Below are positions 11,931 to 25,315 of a stretch of DNA of 64,000 bases, piece by piece. Origin of the DNA: Mobula hypostoma (lineage: Eukaryota); assembly GCF_963921235.1 (NCBI RefSeq), contig NC_086109.1:37760001-37824000 (forward strand), given 5' to 3'. The position numbers were made by a program, and so were the translations under genes. The notes below the pieces were generated by a model. The model was not told the DNA's origin. It did not search any database and worked only from the letters and a program-made list of their open reading frames with translations. Positions within the stretch are counted from its first letter, which is position 1; each line of letters starts with the position of its first letter.

Positions 11931-14179
11931 GGTATGAGATTTGTTGTCTTTATCCAATTTGGTCAATCTGTGTTAACAGATGTGCCAATGTGATTAATTT
12001 TTAATGGCTGGGAATAAACAATTAATACTGATGTCACCCGCAATATCTTTGTCTCATGAGGCAACAAATAAAGCAACAAGATTTTGTAAGTTTCTGAGTT
12101 TTGCTTTTGGCTTTACAATGTTGAAGAATTGGAGACTAATGAATCTCCTAAAATATAGTGCTTCCTTAGCCCTTAGGAATGTGAAAATAATCTTCCCTCC
12201 CTCAGACCGTTAAACAAGACAGCCATCTCGACTAGGCCGCAAATGGAGAAGGTGCTCATTAAATTTACCTTTCCAGTTACTAAAGTATATTGGATTATTT
12301 AAATTTTTTAATTGTTATATTCACGGCTTAAGCTCCAAAGTTTGAAGCACTCAGCTAGCAGGTAATTAGCAAGTCAAAACTGCTTTTGTATATCAATCTT
12401 ATATTATTATATCTTCTTCTTAAACTGTGTCTCAGTTTCAAGAATGTCTTGGGTTTCCGGGTTCCAAGTTGGTTGAGAAAGGAAATCTAGGAACTAGAGA
12501 TTCTTCCACAAATGGGAAAGAAGTGGCTGATGGAGAAACAGGTGGGCGGTTTGTGAGAATATCCGCTCCTTCTGCTGCTTCTGTGTACTGCTGATGCATG
12601 GCCTCAAGATCGCAATTCCTTCTTAAATGCTCCATTTACACTTTGAACAGTCGTGGGCCAAATGCTTTCATGAGTCAGTGGCACTAAACTCTCCTGGGTC
12701 TCCTGGGCAGGAGTAATAAGCTTTGAAGACCTGGACTATCTGCAACAAGCATCTCAAATCTTCTGAAAAATACCGCCAAGTGTTGTATCTGTGAAGTCCT
12801 TCAAATTCACTGGAAGGAAAACGAACCAGTGTATCCTAAGTTAATCTTAACCTAGGTTAACATCTCCAGTGGAGGGGGCATATTCAAATCCAGTAGGCTA
12901 TGTTAGGCAGGCCATATAAATTGCAAGCTCCATACCAGATGCCTGAAACAGACACACTGATTTGAACCTTATTGTAGAAGGAGATTAGCAGGTGGACAGA
13001 AAAAAAATACTTCCTATGTGCAGTCATTACAAACAATGCAAAATCAATAACACTACCAACAGCAATGGGCTCTAGCTACCAATGCAACAACAAAATTATC
13101 CATGGATTGTGGGATTAACATACAAGCATTTCTATTTTATTTGCAATTTACTTTAGGCAAAACAGAGTTAAGGGTGTTGCAATGGTGCAGGAAAATGGAG
13201 GTGATCTAGTGTGACTGATGGCATGTCCTGGTGCTCAGCTGCAGACTGTGTTAGGTGTGGTGAAGTGCTGGACTGGTTTCACAAACGAGGTGTGTGTTTT
13301 TCCTTTCCGCACCTTGGCACATCAGGTAGCAACCTTACTGTTTCTTTAGCATTTTTGTCTGTTTTTTTTTATGAAGCTGAGTTGCTAGCTCGACGATCAA
13401 CCCAGCACAGATGGAAAGCATGCAAGGAGCCAGCCCAATTCGATTTCGGGACCACTCACCTCAGAGTCCGGTTCAGTACACTACCAGCCGACTTACAAAT
13501 TAGGTATAATGAAATATTAAATAATATACTAAAGTTAAAAATATTGGAACATATCTAGCATGTGTCACATCTGTTGTAAAGATAAATTTAAAATGGTCCA
13601 ATAAGCAGACTGTTTACCAAATATCAGATGTAGAGCTGTGTTCCCACTCTGGCATTGACTTTCTTAACACATTATCAGGATTCACGTAATATTGTGCCAA
13701 TAATTTCAGCCAACAATTCACGAGTCGGATTTACGTTCTGAGTCATTATGGAAACTTCACTTGCAAGTTCCTCTAAAGTTCCGGTAACCAAGATCTTCCT
13801 AAAAAACAAACTGGCAAGAAATGGAATGAAAGATTTATAATAAATTCTTGGTTTATTCCGGTGATTAATATTTTGGTGGTATTGCTGGGCTGATTTATCT
13901 ACTTGATACTGTGTGTGATCTCTAAATCTGTAATGAAAACTGTGTCTAATACTATGAGCATCTTTTTGAGAGTCATGGATTTGTAGTGATGAACACTTTG
14001 TCTGTCTGCCAGTAAGGGCTGGATGAATGCCTATTTCGACATGAATCAACATTATGCTCCAACATGTTAGGGTAGAAATCAACAACTACAAAAGTAGCAC
14101 TGGAGGCTCCGTAAGGCTCAGAGGCCGATGTAAAAAGCAGAAGAATAAATACAACAAACTTTAACCCATGGTGAGACAC

Positions 14180-14660
14180 AAGAAAGAAAGCAGATGCTGG
14201 AGTGAAGTAACACAAAAAATATGCTGGAGATACTCATCAGGACAATCAGCAACTATGAAGGGAAAACTCTATGAAGTCCAGGGCGTGGTGGCCCAGGAGA
14301 AATGTTATTACAAATCTGCGGCTGGTGAAAGGCAGCTATTTATGCATCAGATTCTTTCTGCTTCATCCCTTTACCTCTTTCACCTTCCAGCTTCTGAATT
14401 TATTCCCCCCTCCCCCTCATACTCACCTTCCTCCTTAGCTGGTTTCCCCTCTCACTTGCCAGCTTGCACTCCTGCCCCTCCCCCAGTCACCTTCCTATTC
14501 TGACTTCCTCCCCCCCATCCTAATCACTCTGAATGAGAAGCCTCAGCCTGAAAACATTGACTGTCGATTCCTCTCCATAGAAGCTGCCTGACCTGCTGAG
14601 CTCCTCCAGCATTTTGTGTGTGTGCTCTGGATTTCCAGCATCTGCAGAATCCTTTGTCCT
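14180..14660. mobile_element. Penelope terminal-repeat fragments (inverted pair)
   Basis: Minus-orientation copy at ~14185-14270 and plus copy at ~14350-14655 with the pyrimidine-rich 3' region. Confidence 0.55.
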
Positions 14661-15104
14661 CATGAATTACTCTAGTTTAAGGCTTCCAATAGACAGTGCT
14701 TCTGCCATCTCAGAATGGAATTATTCTAGGAAAATGATCCTCTGGAATTGCTGGTGCCTGGGGTGGAAACCACTACAGCTTACAAGAAAGAATTAAATTA
14801 ATGAAAAACTAAGAGATATAAAGAATTTATAGCTTGGTGAAGTTACAATGATTTGTGTGGATTTATTTATCCTTTCAGAGGGCTAGCAGTGTAGATGTAC
14901 CTTTAAAATCTAAATGTACCAGATGATATATATTTGATGCACTGTTGTATCAGACACTATTGTTACTTCCTTCATTGAAAGATGATCTGTTGATAGCTGT
15001 GCTTTTGTTATTTGCTTGTGTAAATACAACACAAAGCAGCTTTTAGGTATTATTCTTAAAGCTTTAGCACCTATAATTCTCCAGGGTGAAAAGGTTCATA
15101 GCTA

Positions 15105-15144
15105 CTACGTCGACTCGGGCCTAGGGGACCGGCGTCGGGCATAA
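15105..15144 (-). mobile_element. 40-bp CpG-rich insertion with 11-bp TSD (probable ultra-truncated RTE-type retroposon 3' end)
   Basis: GTTCATAGCTA is duplicated at 15094-15104 and 15145-15155. The insert has 6 CpGs, and the minus strand ends in TAGTAG. Confidence 0.6.
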
Positions 15145-15304
15145 GTTCATAGCTATCAGAAGAAAGTAAGTTCCTTCTCATTTCAATGTAAAACACCTGA
15201 AAGCTCAAACGTTTCTTGGCTTTCAAATTCTCCCGCAAAGGGAATTTGTTTACAGTTTTACACTGTCAAGCCCTCTCAGAATTTATATGTTTCAATGAGT
15301 GAGT

Positions 15305-15900
15305 GGCACAGTGGTGGACTGGTAGTGTAGTGGTTAGCACAATGCTTTACAAAGTACAGGCAATCCGGGTTCAATTTCCACTATAGCCTGTAAGGAGTTT
15401 GTGCATACTCCCCGCAAAAATAGTTTGTAAATCTTAGAAGCTGATAGTTTCCTGATCAGTCAGGTCATCAAAGGATATGACAAGAAGGGAGGTGTGTGGA
15501 GCTGCGTGGGATCCAGGATCAGTCATGATGGAATGGCAGAGCAGACTCGATGGAATGAATGGCCTAATTCTGCTCCTATGTCTTATGGACCTAGTAGAAC
15601 CACTATCTTAAAGCACCAGACACTAGGGTTCAACACTGATCTCGAGATCTTAAGGACTTCTCACATTTTTCCCATGACCGCAGGGGCTTCCCAGGGTGCT
15701 CTGGTTTCCTTCCATATTGGGACATTCACTGGTCACTGTAAATCACCCCTTCTGTATAAGTGATGGTAGAATCTGAGAGCTGAACAGAAATAAGAGGCAA
15801 ATAAAAATTGGGATTAATGTACGATTAAAATGGTGGTTCATGTGGATTCAATGGGTCACAGAGCCAGTTTCCTCCATGATTATATCTCTCTATGACTTTA
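15305..15900 (+). mobile_element. V-SINE interrupted by a CR1 3' fragment (~15430-15590)
   Basis: tRNA-like head gtagtgtagtggttagc...gggttcaattt and core ctgtaaggagtttgt, which resumes at ~15670. The CR1 tail reads aatggcctaattctgctcctatgtcttatg. Confidence 0.6.
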
Positions 15901-17113
15901 TAATCATCTCTCGTTCTTCCATTTTCTGGAATGTTCTGACATATTGCTCATTTTTTTTCTCATGGGGTAATCTCCTTTTCCCAGAGACACAAGAGAGGAG
16001 CAAAGTACAAACTGCTGAGGAAATCAGTGGGTAGAGGGCAATGGACAGATAATATTTCGAGACCCTTCATCTTACCTGATAGTGTAGAGAGGAGATGGGG
16101 ATGGGCGAGGCATGAGCTGGCAAACTATGGTACAAATCTGAGTGAGAATATGGTCAAGGAGCAAGAAAGCAGTAAAAATCTCAGAGGGAGAACAGTGAGG
16201 CAATGTCTCACAAAACTCCTGAAGAGATGATGAAACCCTCCTCAAAGTGGATGTGCTACTCTTGCCTCACCTCCCACTTATCTCTTTCCATGCATCCTTT
16301 TTGTAATTAAAAAAATACATTCCATTTGCCATGCTAATTAGTCACATACTGACATCCAGAAGCACAAAGGCCAAAAATGATGTTACCCCGCCTCCCCATA
16401 AAAGAACTTAAATAATATCCATAGTGAAAATCTGAGAGAATCTTCACATTTTTCTGTTTACTCCCTCTGAGCATATTGATTCTTTGATACTCCACTTAAC
16501 TTCACAAACATCAATCATACTTTATAAGTGACTTTCACTAGTGTGCATCTGTCCAACCAAGAGGGCTTGCCACTTGGCCTGATCTTGACCTCACCTTCCA
16601 GATACATAAACCCGCATTCTCCAAAGGAACATCCGATAGCAATCAGAAAGGAAGCCATGGCTGGTTTATTCCCCCTTGGAACCTTATGAATACTAATGTC
16701 AATTTTAGCTTCATTTCTTCTGGGAGCAGCTAATTCCGGATTGCATTGAAATCAAAAAAAGCTATCTTTCTAGTCTGTACAGATGGTTATCAAAGCAAAG
16801 GCTGTATTTACCCACAAAGCTGTTACATCCTGATTCTGTGTTCTACCAGCATATACCTTAATTAGTCAATCTATTTGAAGGCTTGAATTCCCTCATTTAA
16901 TGTTTTGTTTAATGTAGGCTAATAGACGCAGAGCTGGTTCTATGCATATACTGCACATACTTAAAGAAGTCCAGAAATGTTCATATTTGATATTTTGAAA
17001 GCTGGTAAAACAAAAGACTCTATGCACAAATGTGTTTTCTGCAAGTTAAAATTGATGCAAACCTGTAATCAACCACGCATCAAATACAATAAAAACAAGT
17101 CTACATTTTAAAT

Positions 17114-17330
17114 AACACACATCAAAGTTGCTGGTGAACGCAGCAGGCCAGGCAGCATCTATAGGAAGAGGCGCAGTCGACGTTTCAGGCCGAGACCCTT
17201 CGTCAGGACGGAGGGTCTCGGCCTGAAACGTCGACTGCGCCTCTTCCTATAGATGCTGCCTGGCCTGCTGCGTTCACCAGCAACTTTGATGTGTGTTGCT
17301 TGAATTTCCAGCATCTGCAGAATTCCTGTT
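17114..17330. mobile_element. Young Penelope terminal-repeat fold-back insertion with 16-bp TSD
   Basis: Inverted arms span 17114-17297 and are centred on 17205/17206. GTCTACATTTTAAATA occurs at 17099-17114 and 17331-17346. Confidence 0.9.
17176..17209 (-). ncRNA. Minimal type I hammerhead ribozyme motif
   Basis: GUC-CUGACGA-A-GGGU CUCG GCCU-GAAA-C-GUC-GAC: intact catalytic boxes, stem I GUC/GAC, stem II, and a vestigial palindromic stem III. Confidence 0.7.
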
Positions 17331-18729
17331 GTCTACATTTTAAATATATGTATTTAAATTTTAGATAACAATTCTGCAGGTTATCCACTATTAAGGTAAT
17401 AAGTATATTGTGCAAGGTATATATGCAACATATGTAATATATTGGTACTTGTATTTGTCTTTTTCAGGTCAATTGTGTGTATTGATTAAATGAAACATTT
17501 CTTCTTCATTGAAGAACAGAATGAAAATTTGATTGGGTTGATATTTTACTGTCATTAGTTAATATTAAGTATGAATACTGATTCAAGTTTAAAGCAAGTT
17601 TCTCTATTTGGTACTTTTGTGAATATTTTCATGGGCATTAGTGATTGGAGAGGAATAAATCACTTGTGATAACTTACTGTATTATAAAGAGTAACTAACT
17701 GCATTTACAATTTTTTAATCAGAATGAGTATTTGATTCATAGTTTTTTTTCTCAATTATCTTCGGAGCCGATTCCACCTTAAACTTGACTTTTAATAGCG
17801 ATGTAAATGTGTATTTAACAGGGTTACTTCAACAAAGCAAACAATAGCTGCAAAGCAAGTATTCATTAAACACTCATGATTTTCAAAACATTTCACTTAG
17901 ACTGTGTATATCATCTGTGATACACACATCTAGGTAAAAGTATTGGAAAATTGTATAACTTTTAGAGCAAGTAACACAAAGTTACATTCACTAACGTTTA
18001 AGGTTCCATGATTAGATATTTTAAACCACTAAGCTTTTCACTTTCTCTCTCTTTTTCTGCTTTCACTGCAAAGTTTGAATCCCCTTTACATTGGCCATGA
18101 ACTTAAGAAAAGGCTTCACAATTACCTTTGCAAATCTAGACAGAAACCAAAGACTCAGAGTAACTTCGAAGCAAAATAACCAATGCATTGGACTTGACAG
18201 ATTTGGCAGCATATCTATTAAGAAACATAATAACATGATCTAGTTTCAATTTGTCAGCACATGGTAAATGCTGGTGTCGGACAATGCAGACTGCTTAAGT
18301 GCAACAACATTTGTCACTCATTTGAAAAATTTCCCTACTGTTATCTTCAATCTGCAGTAGCACCAGTGGCTGATCTTGTCGACCAAAAACACTTAATTTT
18401 ATTTAATTATACTAAATAAATGCAAGTTGTTAACATACTAAAGCACTTTACAGGAGTGTTAAACAAAATGTGAATTCAAGCCACATAAGGAAATGTTGAG
18501 ATAGATGCATTATTGGACATCTGAAAGGGGAAAAAAAGGAAAGCTATGGAGAAGTAGAAGGTCAGACCTTCTAGGTGTTGGGATACAAGTATCTGAATGT
18601 GTGGTTATTAATGACAGAGTAAGTAAAATCAGACGAGAATTGAGGGAGAATTTAGAGAGGTGCTGCTGAGTGACAACAGCATACAAGTGGAAGCTGAAGT
18701 TGTGTATAGGATCTTGTTGGCAGGAATAT

Positions 18730-19005
18730 AAGACCATAAGACATAAGAGCAGAATTAGACCGTTCAGCACATCGAGTCTGTTCTGCCATTTGGTCATGAC
18801 TGACTTATTTTCCCTATCAGCCCCATTCATCTGCCTTCTTCCTGAAATCATGTGGATGAAAAATGGGAGCAGGCCAGGAATAGAAACATGAGAGAATCTG
18901 CAAATGCTGGAAATCCAAGCATCACACACAAAATGCTGGAGGAACTCAGCAGGCCGGGCAGTTTCTATGGAAAACAGTACAGCCAACGTTTCGGGCTGAG
19001 ACCCA
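18730..19005 (-). mobile_element. CR1 3' tail fragment plus Penelope terminal-repeat fragment
   Basis: ataagaccataagacataag CR1 tail, then aatctgcaaatgctggaaatcc...gtttcgggctgagacc. Confidence 0.6.
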
Positions 19006-19079
19006 GGAATAGAAAGTTGGAAACAATGGTAACAAACAGAATATTACCTGGGATTCCTTGTATGGATATAAAGAGTAGC

Positions 19080-19935
19080 AAGATTCAAAGTACATTTATT
19101 ATCAAAATATGTATGCAGTCTACAACCTTGCAATTAATATCTTCTCCACAGACAGGCATGAAACAAAGAAAACCATGGAACTTGTTCAAAGAAAACATCA
19201 AACTCCCTCTCATGCACAGTAAAAATTGTCCAAACAACAACAACAAAAAAGTGAAAAACACTGAGTATAAAACATAAAGTTGAAAGAGTCCAGCCACATT
19301 CTGTTCGGCTCTGTTTTTCTTATCTGCAGGCTGCCGCGATTCAAAATTGTCCAAAATAACAACAAAACAAGGAGTGACCAGAAACCAGAAACACATTGGA
19401 ATGTGAACTAGAGAGTCCAATCCACAACCACAGACCCAGAACTTCAGCACCATCCTCTGATAGCATCAAGGAAGAGCGAGACCATTCGAACGCAGGGTCC
19501 TTCTTTTAGGAAGAGCAAGCAAGAGGGAGAGAGAGAGAGAGTCACACACAGATACCTTCCTCCAGCAGCTGAGAGCATGAGACTGGTAGATGGTGTGAAA
19601 CACCTGCTCACTCCTTGATGATTTCAATCTTCGTCAGTGCTTTATATGGTGAGAGTGGTGAGAAGGGGAGTCGATCATTTGCTCATGCCTTACCTCCAGG
19701 CTTCCTGGATCTCGAGGCCGCACATATTGCTTGAAGCCTCGTGGAATCCTCTCGGAAACAGCAAAACACCAGATCAGTCAACCGGCCCAAAAACACACCA
19801 CCAAAATGTAGATCACAGGCTCCAACAGTAGCAGAACCACATTTCAAAGAAAACGAAGTGAAATAAGTAGTTTCGTGAACCATCTGAAGGATGTCGCCCT
19901 TGGTCATGTTGATGACTGGTGTCATCTCCTTCCGG
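19080..19935 (-). repeat. Unclassified non-autonomous interspersed repeat (related ends at ~33930 and ~59905)
   Basis: Shares the end motif ttcaaagtacatttattatc...acaaccttg with other loci in the window. Confidence 0.4.
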
Positions 19936-20009
19936 TGAAAGCAGATCCACCCAATTGAAAGATGGATTAGATGGCATAATCAACCATGTCAAAGGTTATA
20001 GATATATTG

Positions 20010-22430
20010 AGTTCAAATTCAAGTTCAAATCCAGTTATTCAACTATACACAGGTATATTACCAAATGAAACTATAATCCTTTGGTCCAGGTGCACAACAT
20101 AGTACATATAAAGTACACTATAACTCACAATATTAGCACTAGTAAATTAACAAATAACATTGTGTATATACAATGTTAGTTAAAAAAGTAACAGTATAAA
20201 GCTACTGGTGTTTCATACATAATGAGAACTGGGTGGTGGCAGAGTTCACTGGTCTTACTGAAGAAACTGTGTCACAACCATGAATTTGGCAGTGCAGTAG
20301 ATACAGCAATTACGGTTCTGAATATGCACGTGTCAGCGAATTATTATTTAATCGTGATAGTATTTACCTCCATACTTGTCGTCGTAGTGCTTGTCGAGAC
20401 TTGGACAGAGCACAGCAACGCTTCGCTGCTTGTTTGCATCTGGCTTTCCCTGAGAAATTGGACTTTTGAGACAACTGACTGAAGACTGGCGGTATTCGTT
20501 TGATGTTTAGATTTTCTTTTCAGCCACAGTGTAGACTTCGTTTTCCATTTGGGACTATTAGTAAACGGTCCTATTTAGCCAAGCTTTTATTGCTTTATTT
20601 TCGCTTTACCACTGTTCGCGTTAAAGTTTGTGAACTATCGACCTGCTTCAGTGTCTCTCACTCCGTACTTGGGTCATATCCGAATCTGGTAACAAACTGT
20701 TTCCCTTCCTAGCAGCTCTTGTCCTAATGCTACGGTACCTCCTGCCTAATGGTAGGGGGTCAAAGAGATTGTTGGACAGATGGGAGGGATCATTGAGAAC
20801 GCTAAGGGCCCTGCATATCCATTGCTCCTGATAAATATTTCAAATGTGTGGAAGAGAGATATTGATAATTCTCTGAGCGGTTCTTGAAATCCTTTGTAGG
20901 GACTTGCTATCAGCTGTCTTGCAATTCGCTACAATTCCTGTACCATATGGTGTTGTATCTGGTCAGGACACTCTTGATCATGCTCCTGTAAAAATTGGTT
21001 AAAATAGTGGGAGAGGGAGAGCCTCACTGACCTCAGTCTCCTCAGGAAGTGGAGGCAAGATGTGCTTTCATGACCAAAGAGGTCTTGACAAAACATGTGA
21101 GATCATCTGTTATGTGATCTCCCAGAAACCTAGTGCTCCCATCTCTCTCCACAGAGGAGCCATGTATGTGCAATGAGGAGTGTCATCCTGCACCTTCCTA
21201 AAGTCCACAATTATCTCTTTGGTCTTGTCCATGTTGAAACTCAAGTTGTTATGCTTGCACCATTCTATCAACAACTTCACCTCCTATCTGTACACTGTCT
21301 CACTATCGTTGTTGACACTTTTGTGTCAACTTGGTGATTTGGTTTGAACAAGATCGAGCAGTGCACTCATGTATCAGCAGTATGAACCGCAGTGGGCTGA
21401 GCATGCAGCCCTGGGGAGTGCCAGTGTTCAGAGTGATGGAGCTAGAGATGTTTCTGCCAACATAAAGATAAAGATAAAGATAAAGATTCAACTTTATCAT
21501 CATTGTGCCGAGTACAGATACAAAGCCAATGAAATGCATTTAGCTTCTGACCAGAAATGCAAAGAATAGTGTTATTTACAAAATAACTGCGAATAAAAGA
21601 AGTGCTACAGCACACAAATATAAAAGTATTGAGACAGTACAATACAGATGCAATATTGTTTAGCGCTGTGATGAGAGGTTCGGCAGTGTCACAGCCTCAG
21701 GGAAGAAGCTCTTCCTGTGCCTGCTGGTGCAGAAGCGGAGGCTCCTGTAGTGCCTACCGGATGGGAGGAGAGTAAAAAGTCCATGGTTAGGGTGAGATAC
21801 ATCCCTGATAATGCTTTTCGTCCTGCTCAGGCAGCATTTATGGTAGATGTTCTCAATGGTGGGCAATTGGGTGCCGATAATCCACTGGGCAGTTTTTACC
21901 ACATGGTGGGTAGACTGACTGTGGCCTTTCTGTCAAGAAGCCCAGGTTCCAGTTACAGAGGGATGTGTTGAGACCCAACAAGGACAGTTTCCTCATCAGC
22001 TTCTGAAGGATGATGAGTGTATTAAATGCCAAGCTGATGTCAATAAAAGGCATCTTTTCATATGAGGCACCCTTTTCCAGGTGGAACAGGACAGAGTGGA
22101 CTACAGAGGCTATGGCATCATCAGTGAACCAATTTGAGCAAAGCATGAACTACAAAGGGCCCAATATAGCAGGAAGGTGGGACTTAATGCAATCCATAAC
22201 CAGAGACTAAAGGTACTTCATTATTGCTGAGGTCAGAGCCATTAAGTCAGGTTAGTGTCAACCTCTTAGGCACTGGGATAATGATGGCCACCTTGAAGCC
22301 CAAGGGGACAGTGGACTGTTCCAGAGAGATGAGGACGATACCTTTTGGAAGCTCAGTTAACTGGGTTGCACAGTCCCTTTGTACCTGACCATGTACTTTA
22401 TCAGGCCCCGCAGCTTTACATGGGTCAAAG
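20010..22430 (-). mobile_element. Rex1/Babar LINE fragments (older copy with a younger Rex1 3' end nested at ~21463-21905)
   Basis: Translations [29 protein letters not shown] and HPNHGLFTLLPSGRHYRS. The (AAGATA)n tail is at ~21463-21488. Confidence 0.8.
20270..20694 (+). mobile_element. Solo LTR
   Basis: TGTCAC...GTAACA termini with a 5-bp TSD AACTG at 20265-20269 and 20695-20699. CpG-rich and inserted in Rex1. Orientation is inferred from GTTAAA near 20620. Confidence 0.8.
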
Positions 22431-22854
22431 ACAACACACACAAAATGCTGGAGGAATTCAGCAGGCCAGGAAGCATCTATGGAAAAGAGTTGACGTAGCG
22501 GGCCGAGACCCTACATGCGTTGACCCTGGCTTGGGTCTTCCTCTCATCATTGAAAAAAGAATGACAGCTATAGCTACAAGGGACTTCTTTTGTGACCCAG
22601 ATAAGAAGAACTTAATTTTTTAAGTGATGGAAATTGGACTGGAGGAATTTTTGCATAATTTTTCTAGGAGGGATACACATAAATTTGTGAGAAAGTAAGA
22701 GGAAATCTCTCCTTTACCTCCAATTAGCATTTTAATCTATACATTTGGTTTACAATTCTATATTTCATCAGAGCTCTTCCTAATAATTAACAATAAATAC
22801 CTATGGATTAATTTAATAAATTCAAACTACTTTGTGAAAGAATATTGTTCAGTA

Positions 22855-24021
22855 CTTAGAAACATAGAAAACTTACAGCACAATACAGGCCCTTGGGCCC
22901 ACAAAGCTGTGCCAAATATGGTTTACCTTAGAAATTTCCTAGGGTTACCCATAGCACTCTATTTTACTGAACTCCATGTACCTGTCCAGGAGTCTCTTAA
23001 AAGACCCTATGATATCCACCTCCACCACCGTCGCCGGCAGCCCATTTCACACACTCACCACTCTGTGTAAAAAACTTACCCCTGTTATCTCCTCTGTACC
23101 AACTTCCAAGCACCTTAAAACTATTCCCTCTCAGGTGAGCCGTTTCAGCCCTGGGAAAAAGCCTCTGACTGTCCACTCGATCAATGCCTCTCATCATCTT
23201 ATACACCTCTATTGGATCACCTCTCATCCTCCATTGCTCCAAGGAAAAAAGGTCGTGTTCACTCAACCTATTCTTATAATGCATGCTCCCCAATCCAGGC
23301 AACATCCTTGTAAATCTTCTCTGCACCCTTTCTAAGTTTCCACATCCTTCCTGTGGTGAGGTGACCAGAACTGAACACAGTACTCCAAGTGGGGTCCGAC
23401 CAGGGTCCTATATAGCTGCAACATTACCCCTCGGCTCCTCAACTCAATCCCACGATTGATGAAGGCCAATGTACCGTATGCCTTCTTAACCACAGAGTCA
23501 ACCTGCACAGCAGCTTAGAGTGTCCTATGGACTCGGACCCCAAGATCCCTCTGATCCTTCACACTGCCAAGAGTCTTACCATTAATACTATATTCTGCCA
23601 TCATATTTGACCTACCAAAATGAACCACCTCACACTTATCAGGGTTGAACTCCATCTGCCACTTCTCAGCCCAGTTTTGCATCCTATCAATGACCCGCCA
23701 TAATGTCTGACAGCCCTCCACACTATCTACAACACCCCCAGCCTTTGTGTCTTCAGCAAATTTACTAACCCATCCCTCCACTTCTTCATCCTGGTCATTT
23801 ATAAAAATCACGATGAGTAGGGGTCCCAGAACAGATCCCTAAGGCATACCACTGGTCACCAACCTCCATGCAGAATATGACCTGTCTACAACCACTCTTT
23901 GCTTTCTGTGGGCAAAGCAGTTCTGGATCCACAAAGCAATGTCCCCTTGGATCCCATGCCTCCTTACTTTCTCAATTAGCCTTGCATGGGGTACCTTATC
24001 AAATGCCTTGCTGAAATCCAT
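22855..24021 (-). mobile_element. CR1 LINE, 5'-truncated, with 3' end
   Basis: MDFSKAFDKVPH, QRRFTRMLPG and YKMMRGIDRV. The tail tagaaacatagaaa is at ~22858. Confidence 0.92.
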
Positions 24022-24749
24022 GAAAACTGAAGGTCAGTTACATTAAGTGAACCAATTATGCCAAAGCAAATGTTTCTTTGCAATATTTTGCAATTTCTTA
24101 TTTAGTGTTTAAATGTTAAAATGAACAAACATTATCAAGTGCAATAACTTGCATGTTCAAAACCTTCTGATAAATTAAATATTATTTCTACAATGTAGTT
24201 TAAATTTATTTCTTCTGATTCTTAACCAGAATAAATGCCAATATTTATTACATAACTGAATTACAAGAGCTGAGAACATTGTGAAATTATGGTTACAATT
24301 TAACCCAAGTATGATATCAGTGATTCCTTTATCCGTGTTTTAATAGTTTTCAATCAGTTGTTGACATTGTAACTGAACAGCTGACATTAGTAATCGAACT
24401 GAAGCTGTGCAGAAAACATCATGAATTGTTATACCCCCGAGGTGTATGGCTGAACCTTGAGATTTAATTATTGCTTTTGAACTCTCTCCAGGGTGTCGTT
24501 CAGTTAGCATATAAATAACACTGTTGTATTTCAGAAAAGCCCCTGTCGGGATTGATTCAGGATAGGCATCAACCCAGAGTACGGAAACTGGAGCTTTGCG
24601 TATGCGTGTTCCACACGTTGGTTACTGCAACGATATATTGACAGACAGCTAAGCAACCGTTAACTTTCAGTTAACAATAAACAGGTTAAAGGTAAAACTT
24701 GAAAGATTATATTGTGGATGCTATGCAGCTGAAGTGGCAACTGCTGGAA

Positions 24750-25225
24750 AAGGAATTGGTTTATTATTGTCACATGTAACAAAATACAGTGAAAGTTTTT
24801 CTCACATTCTGCTCATACAGAACAAAACTTTGCACAGTGCATTGTGGCAAAACAATAACAGAATGCAGGGGAAAGTGTAACAGCCACAGAGAAAGTGCAG
24901 AGAAGGTAAACAATAAGGTGCAAGATGATAACAAGGTGGATTGAGAGGTCAAGAGTCTATCTTATACTAGGAAAGCATTTGATGTCTTAAAACAGTGGAG
25001 AAGAAGCCTGGTGATGTGTTTTAAGGCTTTAGTATCTTTTGCCTGATAGGGAATTAGAGAAGAGGAAATGTCCGAGGGGATGAGGTATTTCATTAGATTG
25101 GCTGAAGTAGCAAGAAGTATAGTCAATGCCAGTGGAGGGGAGACTGGCTTCCATGAAGTGCTGATCTGTGTCCACAACTCTCTGAGGTTTCTTCAGGTCA
25201 TGAGCAGAGCGGTTGCAATTTCAAA
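24750..25225 (-). mobile_element. Decayed Rex1-like LINE 3' fragment
   Basis: ggtttattattgtcacatgt... end and weak similarity to the 35420-36000 Rex1 3' region. Confidence 0.45.
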
Positions 25226-25315
25226 CTCTATTTGCTTTAAACTGTCTACCTAAATATGATTAGTCTGACACAAACTGCATTGCAGATTTGGTGCTGAGTT
25301 AATGATGCTTTAGGC

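Noticed and set aside
12438..12830. Protein-like 65-aa ORF or possible exon
   Set aside because: An in-frame stop lies directly upstream, the other frames close, there is no LRR or other recognisable motif, and it is not the expected 216-bp lgr6 exon 5.
13675..14085. 136-aa minus-strand ORF in unique sequence
   Set aside because: Non-ATG start, no recognisable domain and no convincing splice sites. It cannot be supported without expression data.
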